Origin: Eledone cirrhosa
Taxonomy: Eukaryota
Assembly: GCA_964016885.1 (NCBI GenBank)
Contig: OZ024741.1
Coordinates: 331,080,001-331,144,000, forward strand
DNA: 64,000 bases
Reading direction: 5' to 3'
Shown here: positions 11,965 to 22,936 of the stretch, in pieces
Layout: every line of letters begins with the position of its first letter
How positions within the stretch are numbered: the first letter of the stretch is position 1
Program-made: the position numbers and the translations under genes
The notes under the pieces: generated by a model
Seen by the model: only the letters and a program-made list of their open reading frames with translations
Databases searched by the model: none
Told to the model about the DNA's origin: nothing

Positions 11965-12895
11965 TTTAACATCTGCTTTCCCTGCTAGCAAGGGTTGGAT
12001 GGGTCTACATAGACCAAATCAGTATTGAAATAATAAACTTGTAGGAGGACAAAACCCTGATTCCGTCAGGGAAATGGCCATGTTCGATATGCAGAAAAGG
12101 AACTGGCATAAATTCTATAAAATGCACACAATGCAGATCCTGGGTACACAAGAGATGTAGCGGGATAGCAGGCAAACTAACAGGTAGGGAGAAATATGTA
12201 TGCAGTAGATGTACAGGGAAATTAGACAGTAGAAGTCGCATTGATAGACACATTTTTCAAATGCAGGAGGGCGCTATAGAAGTGGTGGATAGCTTCCGGT
12301 ACCTAGGAGATCAGATTAGCATGGGAGGAGGGTGTTCCGAGGCCATAGTATCTAGAATAAGGACGGGTTGAAAGAAGTTTAGGGAGCTGCTTCCTCTGTT
12401 GACGAAGAAGGGTTTCTCCCTGTGTACGAAAGGCTGGTTATATGATGCCTGTGTGAGGAGCGCGATGTTGCATGGTAGTGAGACATGGGCAGCAACTGCA
12501 GAGGATATGCGACGGCTGGAGAGAAATGAGGCAAGCATGCTCCGTTGGATGTGCAGTGTAAATATGCGTGAACGACCCAGCATAAATGTGTTGAGAGAGA
12601 AACTGTGCCTGAGAGGGATAGAATGTAGTGTACGGGAGAGGAGACTGAGGTGGTATGGACATGCATGGAGGATGACCGATGGGTGAAGAAGTGCCAGGAA
12701 ATGCCAGTTGAAGGAAGACGTGGTAGAGGTAGACCACGAAAAACATGGGTGGAGGTGGTGAGAACAGACCTCAGATCATTGAAGCTCACGGTGGAGATGA
12801 CGAAGGACCGTGACGAGTGGAGAGATGCTGTGCTGAATAAGACCCGTCCCACCCTTGCAAGCAGGGAAAAGCGGACGTAAAATGATGATGATGAT
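11927..12895 (+). mobile_element. RTE 3' fragment (12007-12895, plus) fused to an inverted RTE 3' tail (11927-12006)
   Basis: KWPCSICRKG...WVHKRCSG, LYDACVRSAMLHGSETW, RLRWYGH, GRGRPRKTW. (ATG)n tail on the right, (CAT)n tail on the left. Confidence 0.9.
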
Positions 12896-12980
12896 GTACA
12901 TATAGAAACCAACAAAACATTGACACAAACTTACTGACAGACCAGTGAAGGTGTGTTGCCTGTGTTTAGGGCGTTCAACA

Positions 12981-13436
12981 GTCCTAATGTTTGTGATTTT
13001 TTTCAATCTAACTCCAGGTCATCTTGTATGTCTAATGGACATGACAGATATTTAGCTGCAGTCCTAATATTTATGTTTCCTCCTAACTCCAGGTCATCTT
13101 ATATATATAATGGACAGATATTTAGCTACGGTCCTAATATTTTTTCCCCACCTAAGTCCAGTCATCTTGTATATATAATTGTTTCTACTTTTGGCACAAG
13201 GCCAGCAATTACCCCCAGAGCATTACTGGTGCTTTATTTTATTGACCCCGAAAGGATGAAAGGCAAAGTTAACCTCCACTGGATTTGAACTCAGAATGTA
13301 AAGGGCCATAACTCCACGCTGCAAAGCATGGTGTCTGACACTCTACCGATACTGCCAATCCACCATCTTGTATGTCTAATGGACTCGACCGATATTTAGC
13401 TGCAGTCCTAATATTTGTGTTTCCTCCTAACTCCAG
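12981..13436 (+). repeat. Tandem 70-75 bp duplications of the 13437 exon acceptor region, interrupted by a SINE
   Basis: gtcctaatattt...taactccaggtcatcttgtat..aatggac repeats; AG sites ending at 13017, 13092, 13161 and the true one at 13436. Confidence 0.85.
13177..13364 (-). mobile_element. tRNA-derived SINE (short subtype)
   Basis: Reverse complement of the SINE seen at 21638-21830. Confidence 0.9.
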
Positions 13437-13567
13437 GTCGTCTTGTATATATAATGGACATGACAGACAAAGTCATCTATAAGATGTGTCCCTTCTTAGC
13501 TGGAGGTATATTTATAGGCTCAGTCTATTGGATGGCTGTCACCTATGGGGCAGTTACTGTGATGCAG
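13437..13567 (+). CDS. MARCH5: MARCH5 exon, TM1 (GRLVYIMDMTDKVIYKMCPFLAGGIFIGSVYWMAVTYGAVTVMQ)
   Basis: ctccag| acceptor and |gtaggt donor. AVTYGAVTVMQ is a MARCH5 signature. 131 nt, phase 1 to 0. Confidence 0.96.
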
Positions 13568-13766
13568 GTAGGTGTTTGCACCTTTCTTCTTAATTCAATT
13601 AATTTATTATTGTTGCTTCATTTTTTTATATTACCTGAGAGAATCTACAAATTTACTCCTGTTCTTCATCTTTACAGTAATCACTATAAATATACATGTC
13701 TGAGTATATATACACCTGTTATTGTATGTGTATGTATGTGTGTATGTATATATATATATATATATA

Positions 13767-14652
13767 CGAGGTGTGTCAGAAAAGTTCGAGGATTGATGTC
13801 ACAAAGATTTATTTCAAACCCAAACTTCACACTAAGAGTTTTCTCCTTCAAAGTAATCTCCCTGGAGTCTAATGCACTTTTCCATCCTTTTCTGCCACGC
13901 TTGCATGCACTCCTGGAAGGATTCTTCCGGGATCCTCCGCAGTTCCGTTGTCACTGCCTTTTTGATGTCGTCCACGTCTTCAAAACGGGTCCCCTCCGGG
14001 TCGTATTCGAAGATCCATGACATCACCGGTGATGACTGTCCCAAGCAAGTCTGGTTCGGTTTCAAGACGCTCGTTGATGTCCTGGCACACTTGCATGCGT
14101 CGACCCTTCTGGTCATCGTTCAACAGTTTTGGCACCATCGCGCAGACTTTCCACATGTCCAAATCTTCAGTGAGAATCTTCCAGATGCTGTCCCGATTCG
14201 TGCCCAGCTCATTTGCCATCAGTCGAACAGTCAGCCGACGATTGCTATGCACCATCTGCCTGACGCGCTCTACGTTGACCTCAGTCTTGGTTGTTGAGGG
14301 TCTTCCACTCCTGGGGTCATCTTCCACATCCTCGCGTCCTTCTTTAAACCTCTTGCACCACTTAAAAACATGTGAGCGTGACATCGTCTCATCTCCATAC
14401 ACTTGCAGCAATCCCAGTGCTTCTGACGGAGTTTTCAAGTTTGTTCGTTGCTCTGTGCTCATTGCTTGACGACCTGGAACAGAGGACATGTATATAAAAT
14501 TATGAAGAAAAAAGTTTGATCGCTGCAGAGAGCTAAGATTACAGTTACATACTCCAGGGGGATTACTTTGAAGGAGAAAACTCTTAGTGTGAAGTTTGGG
14601 TTTGAAATAAATCTTTTGTGACATCAGTCCTGGAACTTTTCTGACACACCTC

Positions 14653-14653
<1 letters not shown>
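13767..14653 (-). mobile_element. Internally deleted mariner transposon with about 102-bp inverted termini
   Basis: TA-flanked cgaggtgtgtcagaaaagttc / gaacttttctgacacacctcg. Transposase pieces W.KRFKEGREDVEDDPRSGRP, VPKLL, VITGD, YDPE, QGDYFEG. Confidence 0.93.
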
Positions 14654-14717
<64 letters not shown>

Positions 14718-14849
14718 TATATATATATATACACATATATATATATATATACATACATACATACATACACACATACACACACTGTCTCACACATTTATGT
14801 GTGTGTGTGTGTGTGTCTCACAATGTGTGTGTATCTATCTATCTATCTA

Positions 14850-17800
14850 AAAACAGTAATTTTTAGGACGGTTTCAAATGTGTCGAAAAAACCAGTTCAG
14901 TTATCCCAAAACGATATTGAACTGGTTCTGAAGAATTCCATGAAGGATATTGCCTTCATCCAAAAAGGGAAACTTTTTGGAAGCATTTTGGTGTTGTTGA
15001 AAGACCAATTGACAGCACAAAAATATTCTGTATCGCCGATTGTGTCCCCCCCCTTTACACCTTTTTCCCCACATATATGGGAAAAAGAACTAAAAAAATA
15101 AAAATTTCGAACATTGCACCAAATGTAAACGTCTGGTGGATTCTAACTGGCTTCATCGATTTCGATGAAGACACCATCATTTCGGTGGGAAAGTCCTCCA
15201 GAGGCACATTCAATGGTACAAGCATGGAAGTTCTGGTTCAAATGAGGCCAGAACGGATAGCTAAAATACCCCAACATGTGCCTCTGGATGGAATTTCACA
15301 CATAAATATTTCTGTTGAGGGTAGGCGGCCTTCATGTTACCACTGTTTAAGCAGTGGTCACCTGAAGGCTTACTGTCCTCAGTTAACTAAAAAAAAAAAA
15401 AAGAGGCACTACTGCCAACACCCAAAACAACAACACAACCACCACAACAACAACAACACGCAAACACAACCAAAACAAGAACAACAAACCAACCTGCAAG
15501 CACAGTCCCACCCAACCCCACTCCATCTAAAACCACTGCAAAAACACCCACAAACACAACAGCTCCCCAAAACATACCCCTACCAAATAACGCAAACACC
15601 ACAACGGACGAGGCCCCCACATCATCACCAAGTGAGGATGAGGGAGAGCCTCTCCGTTCGAAAAGAAAGAAGAAAAGACACCACAAGAACAAAAAAAACA
15701 ACAAACATCACTACAAACCAACACAAACAACACATACATTACAAACAAAAAGCCCCGTCCCGAAAACAAAACCACGACATCACTCCAAACACTACAACAA
15801 AACGAAAGCTCCCACAAGAACAACAGACAAAAACCACCGCAACACAAGAACATTACACATACATAAACAGTAAAAACAAAACTTTAATGGAGGTCATCTC
15901 CAACGACCCTTCGGTGAAAACCGAAGGGAAAACTTTTTCGAACTGTGTAGACAAACCTAATTTAAAGATGATTAGGGTCCCTACGGACACCTATAAGTCT
16001 TTAAAGGAAAACTTTCCTAAGGACGTGGGTAATCCTTGTGTTAAACCCATTAACCGCGTCCTTTTAAAAAGTTTCCCCACCCTCACCCCTGACACCCCCA
16101 CCCCACCAAACAACTCCGTCCCCACCCTGCCGGAAACCACCACCCAGACAACTCCTCTAACAGCCCCATGGAAACCGTGCCCTGATCCCCGGGAGACGAA
16201 GAGGTGAGTGTTTTCTTCTCCTCTTTTAACTTTTCAGAACCAACATGGCCAATATAAGAGTTGGGTGTGTGAATGTACGCGGCCTGGGGATGCCCTGGAA
16301 ACAGGGCAAACTCTTAAACGACCTCAGGTCGCACAGTATGGATGTAGTAGCCATTTGCGAGTCCAGGATCCACAGCGAGCGACGGCTGGCCCCCATCTTC
16401 GATGACTTTGAGATCTACGCATCTCTCTGTCAGCCGGGGGGGTGGGGGCGGAGTTGCCGTTTTGCTGCGGAAACACCTGGGCCTCGTAACACAGACGGTA
16501 CATCTGGACCCGGAGGGTCGACTCGTGGTCCTAGACGTTGACGGTAGTGAAGGTGGAGCCTTCAGGCTGGTGGCCACATATGCCCCATCCGGGACACCAC
16601 GGCCAGACTTCTTCAAACGTCTAGAGACTTTTCTGGGAATGTCCCGCTCCTTGCTTTTAGTGGGGGACTGGAATGGAATCCTAGATGCACGTTGGGACTA
16701 TGTGGGAGCATGTCCCGATAAAGGGGGGTGTAACATCTTCAAACAGTTAATAGATATCGACGAGATTTTCCGACTGTGCCACTGTGGACGTGGACTAATC
16801 GCAGCGGAACATCTAGATCGTATCTAGATAGGGTTCTAGTTAGAAATAAGGATAGGGACATGTTAAGCTGTCCACAAATGTTCATGGTTGCCTATTCAGA
16901 TCACAAACTAGTGACCTGCATGGTCAACCTTGATAGAACCCATAGACAAGGACCCGGCTACTGGAAGCTGAACTTGTCGTTACCGACATGCAAAGCCTAC
17001 AGTAGACGGATTAGCACTTTAGTTAAACAGTACTTGACAGGGGCCATTGTCAACAACAGATGGTGGTACTCTCTCAAGAGGGCAGTTAGATTGGACTCGT
17101 TAGTTTTTAGTAAAGAATTAGCGTTAGATAGAAATAGAACTGAGAAAGAACTGGTAGATAAAGTAGAAGTGGCAACGTAGCCAGTGTGCTAACAACGAGA
17201 ACGGCCTTGGACCAGTTCTTCAACGCAAAGCATGAGGGCTGCGTTGTCAGAAGCAAAATACGTACTCTGGGAAACGAGGGAGTCAAAGCTGTTAGCTGGG
17301 CCCGAGTGACGGAGTCAAAAAGTGGCAAAAGTCCACGATTCGGTCTTTAAAGGACCAAAATGGACGCGTGATACGTGAGCCGAAGCAGATGTGTGTGGAT
17401 TTTCAGCGGCACTTTGCTCAGCTGTTCGGGCAGGGTGGCGCGCCGGGAGGGGCTATGGATTTCGGTCCATACCTCGACGGCCTACCGCGACTCTCGGACA
17501 GCGAGGCAAAGTTCTGCGAAAAGCCGATTTCAGCCGCTGAGATAGGGGACACACTGAGCCAATGCGGCAAACACAAATCTCCAGGTCTCACAGTCTGCAC
17601 TACGAATTTTACGTAGCAATGCCGGACTTATTCTCCGGTCTCCTGGAAGCGGTCTAATGCAACTGGCAACAGAACGGGAGAATTTCCAGTTCTATGACCG
17701 GGGGCGTAGTCACACTAGTCAGGAAGGACGAGAATAAGGGGGATGACATAGGCAACTTCCGGCACATAACTCTGCTAAACACAGAGTTACAGATTTTGGC

Positions 17801-19853
17801 CAAGGTGTTGGCAAAGAGGCTGGCGCTTGTCGTTGAGAACCTGGTGGGAGAAGCGCAGACATGCGCAATCCCGACCAGGTCCATACACGACAACCTCCAC
17901 CTCATGCGATACATCATAGAGAGTGGAGGGTGTAAACCCGGCTTCAGTCTAAGGCTTTCGATAGGGTTGACCATCGTTACCTGGATGCGGTGCTCGAGGC
18001 GGCAGGCTTCGGACCCGTGTTCAGGGGCTGGATTGCTGCAATGCATAACAGCAACATCTTCTCAAGGGTTAAGGTGAACGGCTACCTCTCAGAGCCGTTC
18101 CATATCACGCGATCTATTCGACAGGGATGCCCTCTCTCCTCCCTTCTGTACGTATTGACTCTCGAGCCACTACTGCGGAAGTTGGAGCTATTGCTGGGCA
18201 TCCCTCTGGAACCAGGACTGCGGAAAGCGGCGTCGGCTGACGACGTAACAGTAATGGTGTCGAGCGCCTCGCAAATCGAGGAAGTTGGCACCTTACTGAA
18301 GGAATATGAAAGGTTCACAGGAGTGAAGCTGAACCGGGACAAGTTCATCGGTTTGCAACTCGGATCGTGGAGAGGCAGACCGATGCCTTCCGATGGCGTC
18401 GTCGGATGCTGGATGGAAGGACCAGTAAAGCTGCTCGGGGTCTGGTTTGGTCCGGACCTCCAGGTGGAGAAGAATTGGAACGAGGTGTCGGCCAAGGTGT
18501 TTGCACTCACCCAGAAGTGAGCCGAGTGCAAACTATCCTTGAAAGGTCGAGCGGAGGTGGCGAACACTTTTATAGCGTCCGCCATCTACTACCGCTTGAC
18601 CGTCGTGCCTTGTCCAGCCAAAACGCTCGCCAAAATGGAGCGCGCGCTCTTCCAATTCCTTTGGAAGAAGCGGGCTCCTTTGGTAAGAAGATCCATCTGC
18701 TGCCAACGCCCTTCCAACGGAGGGCTGAGGATGCTGTGGCTGACGATGCGCAAATACGCGCTCAGGCTGCGGCATCTCTACGTATTCCTCACCGGACAAC
18801 CGGTGTGGGCCCCGTTCGTGAGGCGAGCCTTCCCACAACTCGTTTCGCTGACCGAGCTGCAGTCCTGGATCAAGCAAAGATCGACGAAAATGGGCGACTG
18901 GCACATCGAATGTGCTCAGGTGCTCACAGTGCTCTGGCAAACGGACCTGGAGATCAGTGGAGACTCCACTTCGACATTCTATAGAGGGTTGATTCGCAGC
19001 AAGTGTGACGACGTGCTCGGTGAAACTCTGGGCATAGAGGAAGACGAACTGGCCAGTCTGTTCGGTAGGACTTTCCGCCCGAGACCAATGGACAACTTCC
19101 AAAAGTCCCTGGCCTGGCAGTGCTACCGTGGAGCTCTACCAGTTCGAGACAAGCTCTACAGACATGGGCGCCCGGGCAGGGACCTTGCAAAAAAGATCTG
19201 TCCGAGGTGCGTGCGAGACGAAGAAACCGTCGCGCACGCATTCATACACTGCCCGGGCGTCACCGACCTGTGGGGCTATGTAGAACGACTATTGTCGCGG
19301 GTATGACCAATCCGGTTGACCACCGAGTCCATTGTCATGATCAAACCGCCACCCTCCTTCAACAACGAAGGAGAGGCGATTTTCCTTTGTGCGATAGCTA
19401 TGGCGAAAGAGGTTCTATGGTGGACAAGGTTGAAAGGGCTGAGGTCAGACACCTTTCTCTCCGGCCAACAACTGATTCTTTTTTTCAAATACCACTTTGG
19501 AAGAAGAATCAGGATGGAGAGAGAGGTGCTGTACCCCAGCAAGTTTTATGAAAGGTGGGTGAAAGTGGCGAGAATGGCCCGAGTGAATGGGCCTTCTCTC
19601 TATATCAGCCTGTAGGTTGAGGAAAAAGAGGAGGAGAGGAAAGGAGTACAAACTCTTCGTACTCCTGGAGATGAGGGTTGCACATTTTTTTTCGGGGGTA
19701 TGTGTTACCCATATGAAATGTCTCCCCCTATTGGGGAAAATCGACTAATTTTTAAATTACATTTGTGATAATATTTTACACGTTTTTATTGTATGTAAAC
19801 TTCCCCCTTTGTATTTGTCCCCTTCTTTTGTGCCCCTGTGGCTAATAAAGAAA
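14850..19853 (+). mobile_element. Tx1/L1-group LINE copy 1 (ORF1 to 16207, ORF2 16245-19615, frameshifted), sense orientation in a MARCH5 intron
   Basis: CCHC knuckle CYHCLSSGHLKAYC. APE endonuclease VNVRGL, VGDWN, SYLDR, YSDH, GPGYWKLN. RT RQGCPLS and ADD. CPRC..ET..H zinc finger. aataaa at 19843. Confidence 0.95.
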
Positions 19854-20321
19854 CATATCTATATACATACACAGAGAGTGAGAAAGTATATGAAAACATG
19901 TTTATATACAGTAAACATATGGGTAACATCACTATCAAAGAAAAATATTTTTATGTAACTCCTTAGCCATCCAGTCATGCTGTATCCATGCACGCAAGCA
20001 CATGCATATGTGTTGGTGTTTGTGTTAAGAAGGCAGACATGAACCTCACATGGTACATTTTAATTTATCTATTTGATGCATTCATTACCTAAGAGTGCTT
20101 TACAATTAATTATATATATATTTACTAATATGTATATATATATATATATGCCTAATTAATTAGAAATTAGTTGGTGCAATGGTCAATTTCTATGAACCCC
20201 TAAAAAATGAATTTTTAATAAACCAAACCAATATAAAGAAAATATGACAACTTGTTCTGTCAGTGTAGAAATAGACAGGTTCTTGTGATTTCTTGCTATA
20301 AATTGGAGTCATACTGGTCTT

Positions 20322-20679
20322 ATGTTTATCCAGTACCACATGTTAGTGTTATCTAGCACCACATGTTAATGTTATCCAGTAATACAGTACCACATGTTAT
20401 GTTTACTATCTTGGAATATAATACCACATGTTGGAGTTATCCAGTACTGCATGTAAATGTTATCCAGTAATATGTTATGTTTACTATCCAGGAATACAAT
20501 ACCACATGTTAAGTATCCAGTAATACAGTACCACACATTGGCCTTATGTTTATTATCCAGTAATACAGTACAACATGTTGGTGCTGTTTATTATCCAGTA
20601 ATACAGTACCACATGTTGGTATTGTTTATTATCCAGTAATACAGTACCACATGTTGATGTTGTTATGTTTATTATCCAG
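20322..20679 (+). repeat. Minisatellite of about 40 bp built from the 20680 exon acceptor
   Basis: ttattatccagtaatacagtaccacatgttg repeats; the last unit supplies the true acceptor. Confidence 0.85.
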
Positions 20680-20866
20680 GTGTTGGGCCACAAAGAAGGC
20701 CTGAATGTAATGGAACGTGCCGATCCATTATTTTTGTTGTTTGGATTACCTGCCATTCCACTGACGTTGATCTGCGGGAAATTGGTGAGATGGGAAGACT
20801 ATGTACTGCGGCTCTGGCGTAAACACTCATCTCGCTTACCTCTGATTAATTATCTTTTCAAAGACG
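20680..20866 (+). CDS. MARCH5: MARCH5 exon, TM2 (VLGHKEGLNVMERADPLFLLFGLPAIPLTLICGKLVRWEDYVLRLWRKHSSRLPLINYLFKD)
   Basis: atccag| acceptor and G|gtgagt donor. Closely matches vertebrate GHKEGLDVMERADPLFLL and RWEDYVLRLWRK. 187 nt, phase 0 to 1. Confidence 0.97.
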
Positions 20867-20942
20867 GTGAGTGTTTCTAATGCTTTATTGCTACATTCCA
20901 TATTTCTCTGAAGATGACAGACCTATTACTGAATTGTGAAGG

Positions 20943-21425
20943 TTTGTGGCCCAGTGGTTAGGATGTTGAACTTACAATAATAAGGTCATGGTTTTAGATT
21001 CCTGGACTGTATAATGTGTTGTTGTCCTTGAGCATGGTACTTCATTTCATGATAGGACTGGAGCCTCTATCATTAAAAGACTCAAGAAACCCATGAGATA
21101 CAAGTCCACTTAGTTGTGAACTGTAACAGAAATAACATGATGGGACTGGGATCCTTATTAAAACTCCTGAGAAACCCCCTTTATAATATAACCTTGATGA
21201 GGTCTGCTAAGCCTATATAGGTGTGAACTGTCACAACAACTTGGGCCCCTCATTAAAACACCTGAGAAACCTCCTTTATGATGCAACCCAGAGGAGACCA
21301 GCTAAAACCTACATAGGTGTGAACTGTCACAACAACTGTGCTCCCCTATCATTGAAATATTTGAGAAACCTCTCATGAGCTGCAACCTTGAGGAGGACAA
21401 CTAAAACCTCTACATAGGTGAATGA
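20943..21425 (+). repeat. SINE-head plus about 4 tandem units (same family as 800-1405)
   Basis: gtggcccagtggttagg head, then ctatcattaaaa...gaaacc...gctaaaacctacataggtgtgaactgt repeats. Confidence 0.75.
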
Positions 21426-21445
21426 AAGCTGTAAAGATATTATTA

Positions 21446-21830
21446 TTGCCAGTATCGGTAGAGGGTCGGACATGCTTTCCAGCATAGTTACGTCCCTTTA
21501 CGATCTGAGTTCAAATCCGGCCGAGGTTAACTTTGCCTTTCATCCTTACGGGGTCGATAAAATAAAGTACCAGTAATGTACTGGGTAATTGCAGGCCTTG
21601 TGCCTAAAATAGAAACAATTATTAAAGTATAATATAAGGGCGGTGGATTGGCAGTATTGGTAGAGGGTCGGACGCGATCCTTTGATGCATAGAGATACGG
21701 CCCTTGCCATTCTGAGTTCAAATCTCGCCGAGGTTAACTTTGCCTTTCATTCTTACGGGGTCGATAAAATAAAGTACCAGTAATGTACTGGGTAATTGCT
21801 GGCCTTGTGCCAAAAGTAGAAACAATTATT
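21446..21830 (+). mobile_element. Two tandem tRNA-derived SINEs (short subtype)
   Basis: Full copy at 21638-21830 flanked by the direct repeat attattaaagtataata; CpG-rich. Confidence 0.9.
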
Positions 21831-22554
21831 AAAGTATAATACACCTTATTATGCTAAATAATACTATGTACATTAATTTACACCTTATAGCAAATCAATA
21901 AGACCTCATTCGCTTACTGAGTAGGGGGAACTCGTCAGATCGGATCAAGGAAACAATGTTTTCATTTGTCTTTTCAATTGCTAATAGTATCTGCTGGTTG
22001 CAACTCATGGCAAAAGGAACAATGTGAAATAAAATGTCTTGCTCAAAGACATAACACATCACTTGGCCTGGGAATCGAACTCACAAACTCATGATTGTGA
22101 ATCCAACTCTTTAATCACTAAGTCACACACCTCCACTCCACCTTATAGTAAATTATATAAGATCTGTCATGTTGCTTTAATCAGACATACTAGATCAGTG
22201 TCTAATCATAGACATATTGTCCTAAGGTTTTCAACTTAAAACTTGTTACTATTTTTAAAACTTTTTCATTACCATATTGCTAATGAAAGACACTGCCTAT
22301 ACTTTTCAAATAGTTTTGTAAATATTCAAAGAATTTGGAGGCATTTAATAATATAATTAACTTTCTCATTATTATCTGGTGATTGGAACAAAACTTAACA
22401 AAGGTTCTTCCATAACATTATGATGGAAGGGTTTTATATAGAGATACACATTTAAAAATAAACAGCTTTACATTGTAGAACGAGAGGTGGTTTCAAGGGA
22501 TTTGGTGACAAAATAGTTAAAGACTATAAATAGAAAGAAATCCCTTAACAACTG

Positions 22555-22716
22555 TATCTACACCAGCTTCTAGAATATATTCTACAGTAGATTCTACACC
22601 AAATTCTACAATAGATTCTGCACCAGGTTATACACCAGTTTCTACAATAGATTCTACACCAGTTTCTACAAGACCTACTCCAGATTATACATCAGTTTCC
22701 ACACCAGATTCTACAA
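22555..22716. repeat. 11-12 bp tandem repeat (ttctacaccag / ttctacaatag)
   Basis: Directly visible. Confidence 0.8.
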
Positions 22717-22936
22717 TTGCCATGTCACATCACAGCACACTATAAAAACAACCAGCTAGAAATAGTATTGAAATCTTCCTCAAATCATGCCTGTACCATC
22801 TTTCAAGACTGAAGGACATATTGAACAATGTAGTTCTAGATACACTATGTCTTAAAAATGTTGGAACATTCACAAGTGAAATGCCTTTAGTCATAGGTCT
22901 GCTTTATCAGAGCTGACCTGTGGTCAAACAGGAATA

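Noticed and set aside
12130-12170. WVH motif as a second MARCH5 RING exon
   Set aside because: It belongs to the RTE Cys-rich module. No second RING exon was seen in the window.
18082-19651. Antisense and alternate-frame ORFs in the LINEs (also 50900-52931)
   Set aside because: Expected shadows of GC-rich ORF2, and not conserved as open frames between copies.
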